Part shown: positions 29,607-38,459 of the stretch, piece after piece
How positions within the stretch are numbered: the first letter of the stretch is position 1
Layout: each line of letters begins with the position of its first letter
Assembly: GCA_052387095.1 (NCBI GenBank)
Contig: JBQTJN010000044.1
Span: 310 to 64,309 of the forward strand
Direction of reading: 5' to 3'
Length of the DNA stretch: 64,000 bases
Origin: Alphaproteobacteria bacterium
GTDB taxonomy: Bacteria > Pseudomonadota > Alphaproteobacteria > Micavibrionales > Micavibrionaceae
The notes under the pieces: generated by a model
The model's database searches: none
What the model saw: the letters and a program-made list of their open reading frames with translations, nothing else
What the model was told of the DNA's origin: nothing
Made by a program: the position numbers and the translations under genes

Positions 29607-30536
29607 TTAATCGACAACAACAATCGCCTGTTTTACCCCGTCAGCTACCAGCCGCGACATCAACGCATCGGCATCCGTCACGCTGGCTACAGGTCCAACC
29701 CGCACACGGTAGAATGATTCACCCCGCACACTTGCCTCCACCACGTGTGCCTGGCCATAACGTGTCATATCGACCGCCATGCGGTCTGCATTTTCTGAAG
29801 CTGAGAAAGCGCCGACCTGCACGTAAATGCTGGTTGGTGTAACGGGATACTGGCTGACAATGGGGTCAGGTAAAAACTTGCCGCCCTCCACGTGCCCCGG
29901 CACGGCCGGCGCATCGAAATCACCCATCGGCACGGGCGCAGGTGCCGACGCCGCCTTATAAGAAGGCATCGGGCGGTTTTCGTTCATCGCCACTTCATAG
30001 CCGGATGTGTCCTGCCCCATGCGCGCAGCCGAAGCGATCTGCCGACTTTCATCGCCCATAATATCAAGACGCACTCTCCCCGTGCCGCGGCCTGTAATGC
30101 CGAGCAGTTCCGCGGCTTTTTTACTCAGGTCAATCACGCGGCTGCGTTTGAATGGCCCGCGGTCATTGACCCGCACCACCAGCGAGCGCCCGTTTTCAAG
30201 ATTGGTTACGCGCACTAGCGACGGCATCTGCAATGTGCGGTGCGCCGCCGTCAGCTCGTTCATGTCAAACACTTCGCCATTCGCGGTGCGCTTGCCATGA
30301 AAGCCCGGCCCGTACCAAGAGGCAATGCCGGTCTCGGTATAGGTGTAAGTTTCCTGCGGCGTGTACCATTTGCCTTCAACTTCGTAAGGCCGTCCGACTT
30401 TGAACAAGCCTTCCATCTGGCGGTCGCCTTTTTGCGGCACGCTCTTATAGACATTGGCCGCCAGCTGCCCCTCCGTGCAGGAGAGCAGAACAAGACACGG
30501 CAACACCATCAGGATTTTTTTGAAAAGATGCTGCAT
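29607..30536 (-). CDS. rlpA: Septal ring lytic transglycosylase RlpA-family lipoprotein with SPOR domain
   Basis: ATG 30536 gives MQHLFKKILMVLPCLVLLSC (lipobox). The DPBB region is GIASWYGPGFHGKRTANGE...VRVNDRGPF. The C-terminal SPOR is YVQVGAFS...YRVRVGP. Confidence 0.88.
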   Translation of the reverse strand: MQHLFKKILMVLPCLVLLSCTEGQLAANVYKSVPQKGDRQMEGLFKVGRPYEVEGKWYTPQETYTYTETGIASWYGPGFHGKRTANGEVFDMNELTAAHRTLQMPSLVRVTNLENGRSLVVRVNDRGPFKRSRVIDLSKKAAELLGITGRGTGRVRLDIMGDESRQIASAARMGQDTSGYEVAMNENRPMPSYKAASAPAPVPMGDFDAPAVPGHVEGGKFLPDPIVSQYPVTPTSIYVQVGAFSASENADRMAVDMTRYGQAHVVEASVRGESFYRVRVGPVASVTDADALMSRLVADGVKQAIVVVD

Positions 30537-30537
30537 C

Positions 30538-31512
30538 CTAATAAGCACCTGCCGCAACCGCGTCAGCCAGCATGCCAACCGATGTCGCGAAATAACTCGA
30601 ATTATTCCACTTCTTGATCACCCGGTAATTATTATAAGTGAGGAAAGATGGCCCGCTTGGCCCGTCCGGCTGCACGATGACCGTGTTCATGGCGCTTTCC
30701 TGCGGCAATGTCCGCCCGTCCGGCAGTGTCACGCCGAGACGCGACCATTCGGCGATAGGTTTGCCGGCTTCATTCGGCTGAAATTCCTGCGGCAATCTGA
30801 CCTCGCGCCCCCAACGCTCACCGTAGCGCCAGCCGCTCTTGCTCAAATAATTCGCGGTCGAGGCAAACACATCCGGCAGGTTGGTCCAGATATCGCGCCG
30901 CCCGTCGCCATTACCGTCAACAGCGAAACTTTTGAAGCTCGACGGCATGAACTGGTTCTGCCCCATCGCGCCCGCCCATGAACCGCGCATATTCTCCAGG
31001 CTAATATGCCCCTCATCGAGAATTTGCAGCGCGCGCATCAGCTCGCCGCGGAAATAGGAACTGCGCCGCCCGTCATAAGCCAGCGTTGCCAGCGCGGGAC
31101 TAACACCGAAGCCCCCCGTATTATCGCCGTAACTTGTTTCCATCCCCCACAGCGCGACAATCACTTCCGGCGGCACACCGTAATTGGAGCTCGCCGTCTG
31201 CAGCTGTGACTTGTGATCGCGCAGCAGCGCACGCCCCTTGTCGATACGCGCCTGCGTGATGACGTTGTTCTGGTATTTTGCAAAACTCATCGTACCTTCC
31301 GGCTGCTTGCGGTCGAGCTCGATCACGCGCGGCAGGTAGGCGACATCGGAAAGCGCCTTGCTGACTGTCTGGCTGGATATGCCCTGGTTGAGCGCGTCAC
31401 TGCGCACCCCGTCGAGGAACTGGCTGAAGGACTCCGCGGCTGCCGAGGCGCCCGGGGCGGTCAGCAACATGCAGACGGCAAAAACGAGGGAGAATCTGGA
31501 TATAATATGCAT
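30538..31512 (-). CDS. mltB: Lytic murein transglycosylase (MltB family)
   Basis: ATG 31512 gives the signal peptide MHIISRFSLVFAVCMLLTAPGASAAA. WGMETSYG and GAMGQNQFMPSSF are typical of the MltB/Slt35 family. Confidence 0.88.
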   Translation of the reverse strand: MHIISRFSLVFAVCMLLTAPGASAAAESFSQFLDGVRSDALNQGISSQTVSKALSDVAYLPRVIELDRKQPEGTMSFAKYQNNVITQARIDKGRALLRDHKSQLQTASSNYGVPPEVIVALWGMETSYGDNTGGFGVSPALATLAYDGRRSSYFRGELMRALQILDEGHISLENMRGSWAGAMGQNQFMPSSFKSFAVDGNGDGRRDIWTNLPDVFASTANYLSKSGWRYGERWGREVRLPQEFQPNEAGKPIAEWSRLGVTLPDGRTLPQESAMNTVIVQPDGPSGPSFLTYNNYRVIKKWNNSSYFATSVGMLADAVAAGAY

Positions 31513-31675
31513 AGGGCCTAACCTATAAGAAAATTCTCGGATGTAAAATTTTTTTGCGAAGCCGGGGCCCAATTTCATGTTCATGAAACTTTATATATGA
31601 AAATTCAAAGGAAAGGCTGGACAGCCGGGGCGGCAGGCGGATAAAACGGGCCGTTAGCCGTTTACAGCAAAGCCC

Positions 31676-31714
31676 GGAGGAGTGGCAGAGCGGTTGAATG
31701 CACCGGTCTTGAAA
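31676..31714 (+). pseudogene. Truncated tRNA-Ser 5' fragment (acceptor 5' strand through anticodon loop only)
   Basis: GGAGGAGTGGCAGAGCGGTTGAATGCACCGGTCTTGAAA matches the first 39 nt of the intact tRNA-Ser at 31855 with about 4 mismatches. It is followed by no anticodon-stem 3' strand, T arm or matching acceptor 3' strand. A short 3'-end-like piece (CATCCCCTTCC) lies near 31799-31812. Confidence 0.6.
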
Positions 31715-31854
31715 TACGCTCAAAGGCGTTTTGGTAAATATTAAGTTATGTTAGATTGTCCCGTTATATTGGGATTTAAAGGAAAGATATTTTAATTCAT
31801 CCCCTTCCCTCCTTGTGGAGATTGGCTAGTCCGGTGGGAATTGGGTGGAAACAA

Positions 31855-31944
31855 GGAAGGGTGGCAGAGCGGTTGATTGCACCAGTCTTGAAAACTGGCA
31901 GGGGTTCACGCCCCTCGTGGGTTCAAATCCCACCCCTTCCGCCA
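31855..31944 (+). tRNA. tRNA-Ser (anticodon UGA), class II with long variable arm, CCA encoded
   Basis: By hand folding: acceptor GGAAGGG/CCCTTCC, anticodon stem CCAGT/ACTGG with loop CTTGAAA (TGA at 31889-31891), variable arm CAGGGGTTCACGCCCCT, T arm GTGGG-TTCAAAT-CCCAC, discriminator G, then CCA. Confidence 0.93.
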
Positions 31945-32225
31945 TATTTTTAAATCAAATATATTTTAGCAACAACTTCCACGCATAAGAGGCTCTAATG
32001 TCAACAAAACATTATTATACCATAAGAGGCGAGTCCATCTCCCCCTGTTCCGCCGTTTTAAAATGCACCGGGGGCAAGCACAGCCCAAAGTCAGACCCAA
32101 AATCCTAAAACGGAAGAAAAAAATACGCAGGAAAAGAAACCTGAGAAATCCGAAGTCATAGAGGCTGTTCCGAGCGTTCCGAACCAAACACCAAAAATGC
32201 CGCAGCCTTAGTTATTGGCGCTTCG

Positions 32226-32262
32226 AACAAAAAACCCGGCACAGTCTCCCGCGCCGGATTTT
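32226..32262 (-). terminator. Candidate rho-independent terminator downstream of cspA (A/T tracts on both sides)
   Basis: CCGGC (32236-32240) pairs with GCCGG (32253-32257), flanked by an A-run on the plus strand (a T-run on the minus strand). The 12-nt loop makes it weak. Confidence 0.4.
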
Positions 32263-32287
32263 GTAATAAATAAACAGCTTAAATAAA

Positions 32288-32494
32288 TTAAGCGGCTGAC
32301 TTGAGGTTGGTCGCTGACTGCTTGCCGCGATCGGACTCGACATCGAACGAAATCATTTGTCCTTCTGTCAGTTCACGCATGCCGGCGCGCTCAACGGCGC
32401 TGATGTGAACGAATACATCGTTACCACCGCCCTCGGGCTCGATAAAACCGAAACCTTTTTGTGCATTGAACCATTTTACTTTACCTTGTGGCAT
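32288..32494 (-). CDS. cspA: Cold-shock protein (CspA family)
   Basis: [34 protein letters not shown] is a canonical CSD with RNP1/RNP2. The true start is ATG 32494; the 160-aa ORF extension is not coding. Confidence 0.95.
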   Translation of the reverse strand: MPQGKVKWFNAQKGFGFIEPEGGGNDVFVHISAVERAGMRELTEGQMISFDVESDRGKQSATNLKSAA

Positions 32495-32637
32495 ATTAGT
32501 CTCCTTGTAGTAGTCGCACTTGTCGTGCATAAAATCCCGTACAACCATTTGTACGAGACCAATCCGAAAAGTAGCGATGTCTTGGAAAAACCTAAAAGGT
32601 AGAGCAAGTCGAACGTGAAATTTCGAATAGAAAAAGG

Positions 32638-32665
32638 ATAGTAACAGGTTCGGCGGAAATAGCAA
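32638..32665 (-). promoter_or_regulatory. Candidate sigma-70 promoter for cspA (TTGCTA-16 nt-TACTAT) giving a ~135-nt 5' UTR
   Basis: Read on the minus strand. A long 5' UTR is expected for cspA-type genes. This rests on a motif match by eye only. Confidence 0.3.
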
Positions 32666-32709
32666 GATATTACGCGAATTCCTGTAGAGGACTGTTATAA
32701 CTGTCATAT

Positions 32710-33594
32710 ATGACTCGTTTGAATGCCGACCTGCTGCTTTTCCTGGCCACGCTCCTGTGGGGCACGACATTTATTGCACAGAAACTGGCCCTGCCTTATG
32801 TCGGACCTTATACATATGTCGCAGCGCGCTTCTTCATCTCGATGCTTCTGCTCTTCCCCCTGACGCTCCGGGAGTATCCGAAAATCGCCGCCTTCAGGAA
32901 ATCCGTCTCCTTGAGAGACTTGTTCTGGCTGTGCGTGACCTTTAGCGGCGGCGTCATCTTACAGCAGGTCGGTATCGGCGGGACATCTGTGACAAACGCA
33001 GCATTCCTGACGGGCTTTAGTGTGGTACTCGTTCCGATGATCTGCATATTCATCTATGGCGAGCGCGTATCGCACTGGGTATTCCCTGCGGCGCTGCTGT
33101 CACTGTTCGGAATATTTCTTCTGACCGGCGCGCATCTCGCTGCCATTACGTCCGGTGACTGGTTCGTGCTCGCATGCGCGATTGTCTTCGCATTCCACAT
33201 TGCGCTGGTCGGCCGTATCATGATGAAAACCCCCGCCCCGTTCTGCATTTGTCTCATGCAGTTCAGCGCGGTTTTCTCTGTGTCTTTTATCCTGGCCTTG
33301 TTATTCGAGGATATATCCCTGAACGATCTGCATCGCGCGGCGCTCCCCATTCTCTATGCCGGCGTTCTGTCGGGCGGTGTCGCCTACACGATCCAGGTCG
33401 TAGTCCAGCGCTACACCCCCGCGTCCGACGCCGGGGTGATTATGTGTACCGAGGCTGTATTCGCCGCCATCGCCGGGGCCCTTATACTGGGGGAACGACT
33501 CGCGCCTATCGCCTATCTCGGTTGCGCAGTCATGGGGCTTGCGATCCTGCTGCTCGAGCTCGGCCCCCATCTCGTCCGCTATTTTAAAAAATAA
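32710..33594 (+). CDS. DMT-superfamily (EamA-like) transporter
   Basis: Ten predicted TM segments in two EamA-like halves ([11 protein letters not shown]..., ...[15 protein letters not shown]...). Confidence 0.85.
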   Translation: MTRLNADLLLFLATLLWGTTFIAQKLALPYVGPYTYVAARFFISMLLLFPLTLREYPKIAAFRKSVSLRDLFWLCVTFSGGVILQQVGIGGTSVTNAAFLTGFSVVLVPMICIFIYGERVSHWVFPAALLSLFGIFLLTGAHLAAITSGDWFVLACAIVFAFHIALVGRIMMKTPAPFCICLMQFSAVFSVSFILALLFEDISLNDLHRAALPILYAGVLSGGVAYTIQVVVQRYTPASDAGVIMCTEAVFAAIAGALILGERLAPIAYLGCAVMGLAILLLELGPHLVRYFKK

Positions 33595-33621
33595 GGGGCT
33601 GATTATCTGGTACAGCCCCTT
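33593..33621. terminator. Bidirectional hairpin terminator between the convergent DMT and MIP genes
   Basis: A perfect 9-bp stem AAGGGGCTG/CAGCCCCTT with an 11-nt loop, an A-run upstream and an AT-rich tail downstream. Confidence 0.55.
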
Positions 33622-33643
33622 AATCATTTATATAAAGTAGCGC

Positions 33644-34225
33644 TTATTCAGTCAGCCACTTGTAAACAGCCATTGCTATGGCTGCACCGACCAGCGGGCC
33701 GATCAGGTAGCTTAGAGAGAACGAGCCGACGCCAAGAGCGACAGCAGGGTTCAGCATGCCGTTAGAGCCGGCTGCCATGGATATACCAAGCAACAGGGAG
33801 CCGCCGACAGCCAGACCGCTTGCGCCTGGCGATACGCGTCCGCTGGCAACGGCAGCAACGCCGAAGGCAAACACGAAGGTGCCAAGCATTTCAGAGATCA
33901 TAACAACCGTATTATCGGCAGCTGCAATATCCGGCATATCGATCAGGAAGTTGGCAATGTGCATCGCTGCAGCAGCGCCGATCAATTGCGCGGCCCAGTA
34001 CAGGGCTGCGTCTTTGAGTGCAATTTTCTTGACGACCAGCATACCAAGTGTAATGGCCGGATTAAGGTGCGCACCGGAAATACTGCCCAGCGTGTAGACG
34101 CCAAAGCCCATCGCCAGGGCTGCGAGCACAGGCGCTGCGACCGGAAAGCCGGTTGCGCCCATAGCGAAGCTGACCGCAAGTGTAAGTAATAACGTGCCTA
34201 AAAATTCTGCAAGATAATGTTTCAT
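33644..34225 (-). CDS. MIP-family channel (aquaporin-like), unusually short (193 aa)
   Basis: Two NPA motifs (GAHLNPAITLG and GMLNPAVALG) and six hydrophobic segments. Confidence 0.8.
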   Translation of the reverse strand: MKHYLAEFLGTLLLTLAVSFAMGATGFPVAAPVLAALAMGFGVYTLGSISGAHLNPAITLGMLVVKKIALKDAALYWAAQLIGAAAAMHIANFLIDMPDIAAADNTVVMISEMLGTFVFAFGVAAVASGRVSPGASGLAVGGSLLLGISMAAGSNGMLNPAVALGVGSFSLSYLIGPLVGAAIAMAVYKWLTE

Positions 34226-34423
34226 AAAAGAATCCCCTTTGATTTTTGAGAAAAAAAGAACTTGGAAGGAAAGATATAGAAGAGAGAAATGGGCTGAATT
34301 GCCCGGAGGTAAGAATATTATAAATTGAAACGCGATCTGAAAAAAGCTCTTTTTATAAAAGGTTAACGAACCGGATCCTCTCTCTAAGCGTTAATAGTCG
34401 GAAAGCAATGAAGGGAACTGAAA

Positions 34424-34510
34424 ATGGTCGATATGCAGGCATGTAAAGTGTGCGGCGCAGTAATTGTCGAGGGATCGGTAATCTGCCCCAAATGTAACAA
34501 TAAGAATTAA
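34424..34510 (+). CDS. Putative 28-aa zinc-ribbon microprotein (CxxC-12-CxxC)
   Basis: MVDMQACKVCGAVIVEGSVICPKCNNKN, with AAGGGA SD 7 nt upstream of the ATG, in a 295-nt gap. It falls below the length cut-off of the ORF track. Confidence 0.35.
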   Translation: MVDMQACKVCGAVIVEGSVICPKCNNKN

Positions 34511-34520
34511 GGAATCGGAT

Positions 34521-35579
34521 TTAAATTAATTTCCGCGCCACCAGTTCATCCTTGAGATAAGCGTAATAGATCGGCGCGGCGACGAGGCCGGCAATGCCGA
34601 AGCTGGCTTCCATGATAATCATGGAAATCAAGATCTCCCACGCGCGCGCGCGGATCTGGAATCCGATGATGCGCGCATTCATAAAATATTCCAGCTTATG
34701 AATAAACACAAGATAGATGAGCGAGCCAACGGCCGCCATCGGCGACACGCTCAGCGCAATCAGGAAAATAACGGTGTTGGAAATCAGGTTGCCGATGATG
34801 GGCAGCAGCCCTGCAAAGAACGTCACCGCGATCATGGTTTTGGTCAAAGGCAATGCAGTCCCCATGATCGGTAGAATTCCGGCGAGGAAAATAGCCGTCA
34901 GCAGCGTGTTCAACGCGGATATGCGGATCTGCGAAAAAACAATCCGGCGGAAGGCATTGTTGAAAAACACAACGCGCTCGCGGATCGATTGCGCCAGCGG
35001 CCCATGCGGTGTTCTGAAAGCAGGGCTGAGCGCAACCATGCCGCCGATAATCATGCCGACCACCAGGTGAAAAATAAAGATCCCGGCATCCTTGCCGAAT
35101 ATGCGTAGATCCTGTGCATTTTCACGCAGCCAGGTCGCGGCGACGACCTGCCACTCTTCAATATTGGCGGGCAAATGTTCCTGCACCCAGACCGGCAGGT
35201 GGCTGCGGCCCGTGTCAACAACATCGGCCATGCGTTGCAGGAGGAGCGTGATACTTTCCGGCCCATCCATCACCTGCGAGGCAAAGACCCCGATGCCGAG
35301 CCCGAAAGCCGAAAGAACAACGACAGCAATCAGAAAAAGAATGAGCGCCCTGCCCGCAAGCGGCGCAAATTTGGCACGTACCAGCATGTTTCCGCCAAAA
35401 ACTGTCAGCTGGTAAATCAGGAAGCCGGCCAGCAAAGCGGGCAGCAAGCCGAGATATAAAGTCAGCAGCAGCGTCAGCAATGTCAAGATCTGCGTAAACA
35501 AATAAAGGCGGTTTGTTTCAATCATGGGCGTAGTCTGCCTTAAGCGCAAGATTTTCTCAAGGGTTCGCGGTAGCTCCAT
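34521..35579 (-). CDS. AI-2E family (PerM-like) transporter
   Basis: Multi-TM protein with a family-typical region (TFFAGLLPIIGNLISNTVIFLIAL). ATG 35525 (MIETNRLYL) is a plausible alternative start, because 35579 abuts a terminator T-run. Confidence 0.85.
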   Translation of the reverse strand: MELPRTLEKILRLRQTTPMIETNRLYLFTQILTLLTLLLTLYLGLLPALLAGFLIYQLTVFGGNMLVRAKFAPLAGRALILFLIAVVVLSAFGLGIGVFASQVMDGPESITLLLQRMADVVDTGRSHLPVWVQEHLPANIEEWQVVAATWLRENAQDLRIFGKDAGIFIFHLVVGMIIGGMVALSPAFRTPHGPLAQSIRERVVFFNNAFRRIVFSQIRISALNTLLTAIFLAGILPIMGTALPLTKTMIAVTFFAGLLPIIGNLISNTVIFLIALSVSPMAAVGSLIYLVFIHKLEYFMNARIIGFQIRARAWEILISMIIMEASFGIAGLVAAPIYYAYLKDELVARKLI

Positions 35580-35606
35580 AAAAAAACCCCCTGTTAAAGG
35601 GGGCTT
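35579..35606 (-). terminator. Rho-independent terminator of the 35625-35945 gene
   Basis: On the minus strand: GCCCCC-TTTAACA-GGGGG followed by T7. Confidence 0.6.
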
Positions 35607-35624
35607 TCTAAGTGTACGATTTTA

Positions 35625-35945
35625 TTATTCGGCCGCTGTTTCTCTGGTTGTTTCAGTTTTGAAAGTAGCTGAACTGTCATCCGTACTGAGTGTGCGCTCT
35701 TGCGAGTTTGTTTCCGTGTTTGTCGCAGCAGCATTGTCATTATCATTATCGGGCGTAATAATGTTAGTTGTGGAAGTTGTAGTACCGGCAGCAGGCTCAA
35801 CCATGCTATCAATTTTCCCGTTATTGCCCATGTAGATAAAACCGAAAATCAGAGCAAGAACGACAAGTCCGCCCACAATAAAGTAAAGCGTATTATTGCC
35901 ATCCGAATTATTGTTCGGACCTGGGTTATTTATATAGTCAGCCAT
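35625..35945 (-). CDS. Hypothetical single-pass membrane protein with Thr/Asn/Asp-rich tail
   Basis: MADYINNPGPNNNSDGNN, then TM segment LYFIVGGLVVLALIFGFIY, then a low-complexity tail. It has its own terminator. I recognise no family. Confidence 0.5.
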   Translation of the reverse strand: MADYINNPGPNNNSDGNNTLYFIVGGLVVLALIFGFIYMGNNGKIDSMVEPAAGTTTSTTNIITPDNDNDNAAATNTETNSQERTLSTDDSSATFKTETTRETAAE

Positions 35946-36100
35946 GTTAAAAATCCTTTCATAAAATGATAATGTATATGAATAAACGTCTGGTTTAAAA
36001 AAAAGTTCACTTTAAGTAAAATTAAATATTATGATCGCGAAATTACTACTTTTTATTGAATTTTTAATGCTTTGCGTAGTATTATCGATGGTAATTATAA

Positions 36101-36319
36101 CTTGGCGGCGCGCGCCCAACCGAGTGCGTTAAAATCATCGCCAGCGCGATTGTCTTTGCCTATGCACACGTGTTGTTCGTCAATCCCGTCGCCCCGGTTT
36201 TCAGTTTCCCCGGCGACCTGATTTTTGCCCGCACCTTTGCAAAGCACCGCTCGCTGGCGCTTGTTACCATCGGGCACGGCCTCTACGGCAACCTGCTGTT
36301 TTTGAATAGAATTGAGTAG
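36101..36319 (+). pseudogene. Possible C-terminal remnant of a CPBP/CAAX-type intramembrane protease (no start codon)
   Basis: An open frame after a TAA reads ...KIIASAIVFAYAHVLF...LVTIGHGLYGNLLFLNRIE*. It resembles the FxxxH and HxxxN-type motifs at the C-terminus of CPBP proteases. No upstream start or N-terminal domain is present. Confidence 0.3.
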
Positions 36320-36624
36320 ATATTTCTACGACAAAGCCGTTAATATTTCAATAATATATTAACAAAAGTAGTGTTAAATTCTGCGGATAAACGAGACAGA
36401 CGCCCCCCATTTTGAAGAAGTTCAACCGGAAAACATCAATGCAGTTGTTCCGCTGCTTGAATCGGCAAATTTGAGAATAGAAGTCAGGGGTTTGAGAAGG
36501 CAATTGGAAGAATTAAATGTAAGAGAAAATAAAGCATTCGATGAACCTGCGGAGCACCAAGAAGGTGGTGGTAGGGACAAAATTTTATTTGAAAAGCAAT
36601 CTTCAGGTGAAGATATCGGATTGA

Positions 36625-37068
36625 CTAACCCTTAACTTTCTTCTTAATAAATCTTTGAAACGCTCTCAGGGTTTCCTCGCTGACATGATGCTCGACGCCT
36701 TCCGCGTCCACTTCCGCCGTCCTGCGGCTGACCCCGATAGCCAGCAGGAATTCCAGCACGATGAGATGGCGCTTCTTGCAGGCTGTTGCCATTTCCCTCC
36801 CCTCCGGCGTAAGGAACAAGGCGCGGTAAGGCTCACTATTGACCAGCCCTTCCCGCTTCAGGCGCGCAACCACTTTATTAACGGTGGCATTGGATACACC
36901 AAACCGTTCGGCCAGGTCGACAATCCGCGCCTCGCCCTTCGTCTCAATCAGGTCGGCGATCAATTCGACATAATCTTCGGCGGTCTCAGATTGATGCGCC
37001 TCGCGCACGCGTTCGAATCCTGCAACCTGCTGTCGCACCTCGGCCAGATATTTAATGGAACTTTTCAT
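36625..37068 (-). CDS. mntR: DtxR-family manganese transport regulator
   Basis: ETAEDYVELIADLIETKGEARIVDLAERFGVSNATVNKVVARLKREGLV and EGVEHHVSEETL are MntR/DtxR-like. ATG 37068 is preferred. It is divergent from mntH. Confidence 0.88.
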   Translation of the reverse strand: MKSSIKYLAEVRQQVAGFERVREAHQSETAEDYVELIADLIETKGEARIVDLAERFGVSNATVNKVVARLKREGLVNSEPYRALFLTPEGREMATACKKRHLIVLEFLLAIGVSRRTAEVDAEGVEHHVSEETLRAFQRFIKKKVKG

Positions 37069-37094
37069 GTCTTTTTTTATATTATAAGTAGAAC

Positions 37095-37128
37095 CTTTTG
37101 TCAAAAGTATTGCCAAAGCTAAACTTTG
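37095..37128. promoter_or_regulatory. Two short inverted repeats in the mntR-mntH divergent region (candidate MntR operator)
   Basis: CTTTTG-T-CAAAAG (37095-37107) and CAAAG-CTAAA-CTTTG (37114-37128). This rests on position only; I cannot match them to a known MntR consensus from memory. Confidence 0.25.
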
Positions 37129-37145
37129 ATGCTAAGACTACAAAT

Positions 37146-38459
37146 ATGGACCAGAACACCTCTACGACCATCAGCCTTGCGGAAGTATACCGCACCGTGA
37201 AAATCCCTGCAGGCCCCGGTTTTTGGCGCAAGATGTTCGCCTTCGCCGGTCCCGGCTATCTCGTCGCCGTCGGTTATATGGACCCCGGTAACTGGGCGAC
37301 CGATATCGCTGGCGGTTCGGCATTCGGCTATACCCTCCTTTCCGTCATCATGATTTCCAACCTGATGGCGATTTTGCTTCAATCTTTAAGTGTGCGTCTC
37401 GGCATCGGCGCCGGGCTCGATCTCGCGCAGGCCTGTCGCCGCAATTATCCGAAACCGGTCAGCTTCGCGCTCTGGATTCTCTGCGAAATCGCGATCTGCG
37501 CCTGCGATCTTGCGGAAATTATCGGCACCGCGATTGCGCTCAATCTGCTGTTCGGAATGCCGCTGGTGCTTGGTGTCTGCCTCACGGCACTCGACACACT
37601 CCTGATATTATTCCTGCAAACCCGGGGCTTTCGTTATCTCGAGGCTTTTATTTTCGCACTCATGATCATTATTGGCGGCTGCTTCGCCGTGGAAATAGCT
37701 CTTGCCCAGCCTGAACTCGGTGCAGTATTGCGCGGTTATATTCCAAACGCGGAAATCATCAGCAACCCGGCCATGCTCTATATTGCCATCGGCATTCTCG
37801 GTGCCACCGTCATGCCGCATAATCTCTATCTGCATTCCGCGATCGTAAAGACGCGCGACTACGGCGAAGATACAGTTTCGCGGCGCGAGGCGATCAAATT
37901 CGCCACCATTGATTCCACCGTCGCGCTGATGTTCGCGCTCTTTATCAATTCCGCCATTCTCATTCTCGGCGCCGCTGTTTTCCACCAGGCCGGCATGTTC
38001 GAAGTCGCCGAGATCCAGGATGCGCATAAGCTTCTCGCGCCCCTGCTCGGCGCCGGGTTCGCCAGCACGCTCTTTGCTCTCGCGCTCCTTGCCTCAGGCC
38101 AGAACTCAACCATCACGGCCACCCTCGCCGGCCAGATCGTGATGGAAGGTTTTCTTGAGATTCGCCTGCCGCCCTGGATGCGCCGCCTTATCACCCGCCT
38201 GATCGCCATTGTCCCGGCCGTCATTGTCGCGGCTTTATATGGAGAGAGCGGCACGGCCAAGCTTCTCGTCCTCTCGCAGGTCATTCTGAGCCTCCAGCTT
38301 CCCTTCGCGGTGATTCCTTTGGTCCAGTTCACCTCCAGCCGCAAACTCATGGGATCCCTGCGGACGAAGCTGCCTCTTACCCTGCTGGCATGGTTCGTGG
38401 CTTTGGTTATTATCGCTTTGAATCTTAAGCTGCTTTTCGACTTTTTTATCGGCTCTTAA
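37146..38459 (+). CDS. mntH: Nramp-family divalent metal (Mn2+/Fe2+) transporter
   Basis: [23 protein letters not shown] and [12 protein letters not shown] are canonical Nramp. I prefer ATG 37146 over the TTG at 37098. Confidence 0.93.
   Translation: MDQNTSTTISLAEVYRTVKIPAGPGFWRKMFAFAGPGYLVAVGYMDPGNWATDIAGGSAFGYTLLSVIMISNLMAILLQSLSVRLGIGAGLDLAQACRRNYPKPVSFALWILCEIAICACDLAEIIGTAIALNLLFGMPLVLGVCLTALDTLLILFLQTRGFRYLEAFIFALMIIIGGCFAVEIALAQPELGAVLRGYIPNAEIISNPAMLYIAIGILGATVMPHNLYLHSAIVKTRDYGEDTVSRREAIKFATIDSTVALMFALFINSAILILGAAVFHQAGMFEVAEIQDAHKLLAPLLGAGFASTLFALALLASGQNSTITATLAGQIVMEGFLEIRLPPWMRRLITRLIAIVPAVIVAALYGESGTAKLLVLSQVILSLQLPFAVIPLVQFTSSRKLMGSLRTKLPLTLLAWFVALVIIALNLKLLFDFFIGS

Noticed and set aside
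31523-31723. A 66-aa minus-strand ORF covering the tRNA fragment.
   Set aside because: It overlaps the tRNA-like sequence and the mltB upstream region, has no SD, and its composition is implausible.
31676-31854. The idea that the 5' tRNA-Ser fragment plus downstream sequence is an intron-containing or split tRNA.
   Set aside because: After the anticodon loop there is no complementary anticodon-stem strand. No GTTCRANNC T arm is present. The 3'-like piece (CCCCTTCC) cannot pair with the fragment's GGAGGAG acceptor strand. The ~140-nt spacer is too short and too AT-rich for a group I intron.
31998-32108. A 36-aa ORF (MSTKHYYTIRGESISPCSAVLKCTGGKHSPKSDPKS) with an AAGAGG SD just downstream of tRNA-Ser, plus overlapping basic or Glu/Lys-rich frames up to about 32210.
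   Set aside because: Three different frames are each open for short stretches, which suggests decayed sequence rather than one gene. I recognise no motif. I left it unannotated, but it would be worth a TBLASTN check.
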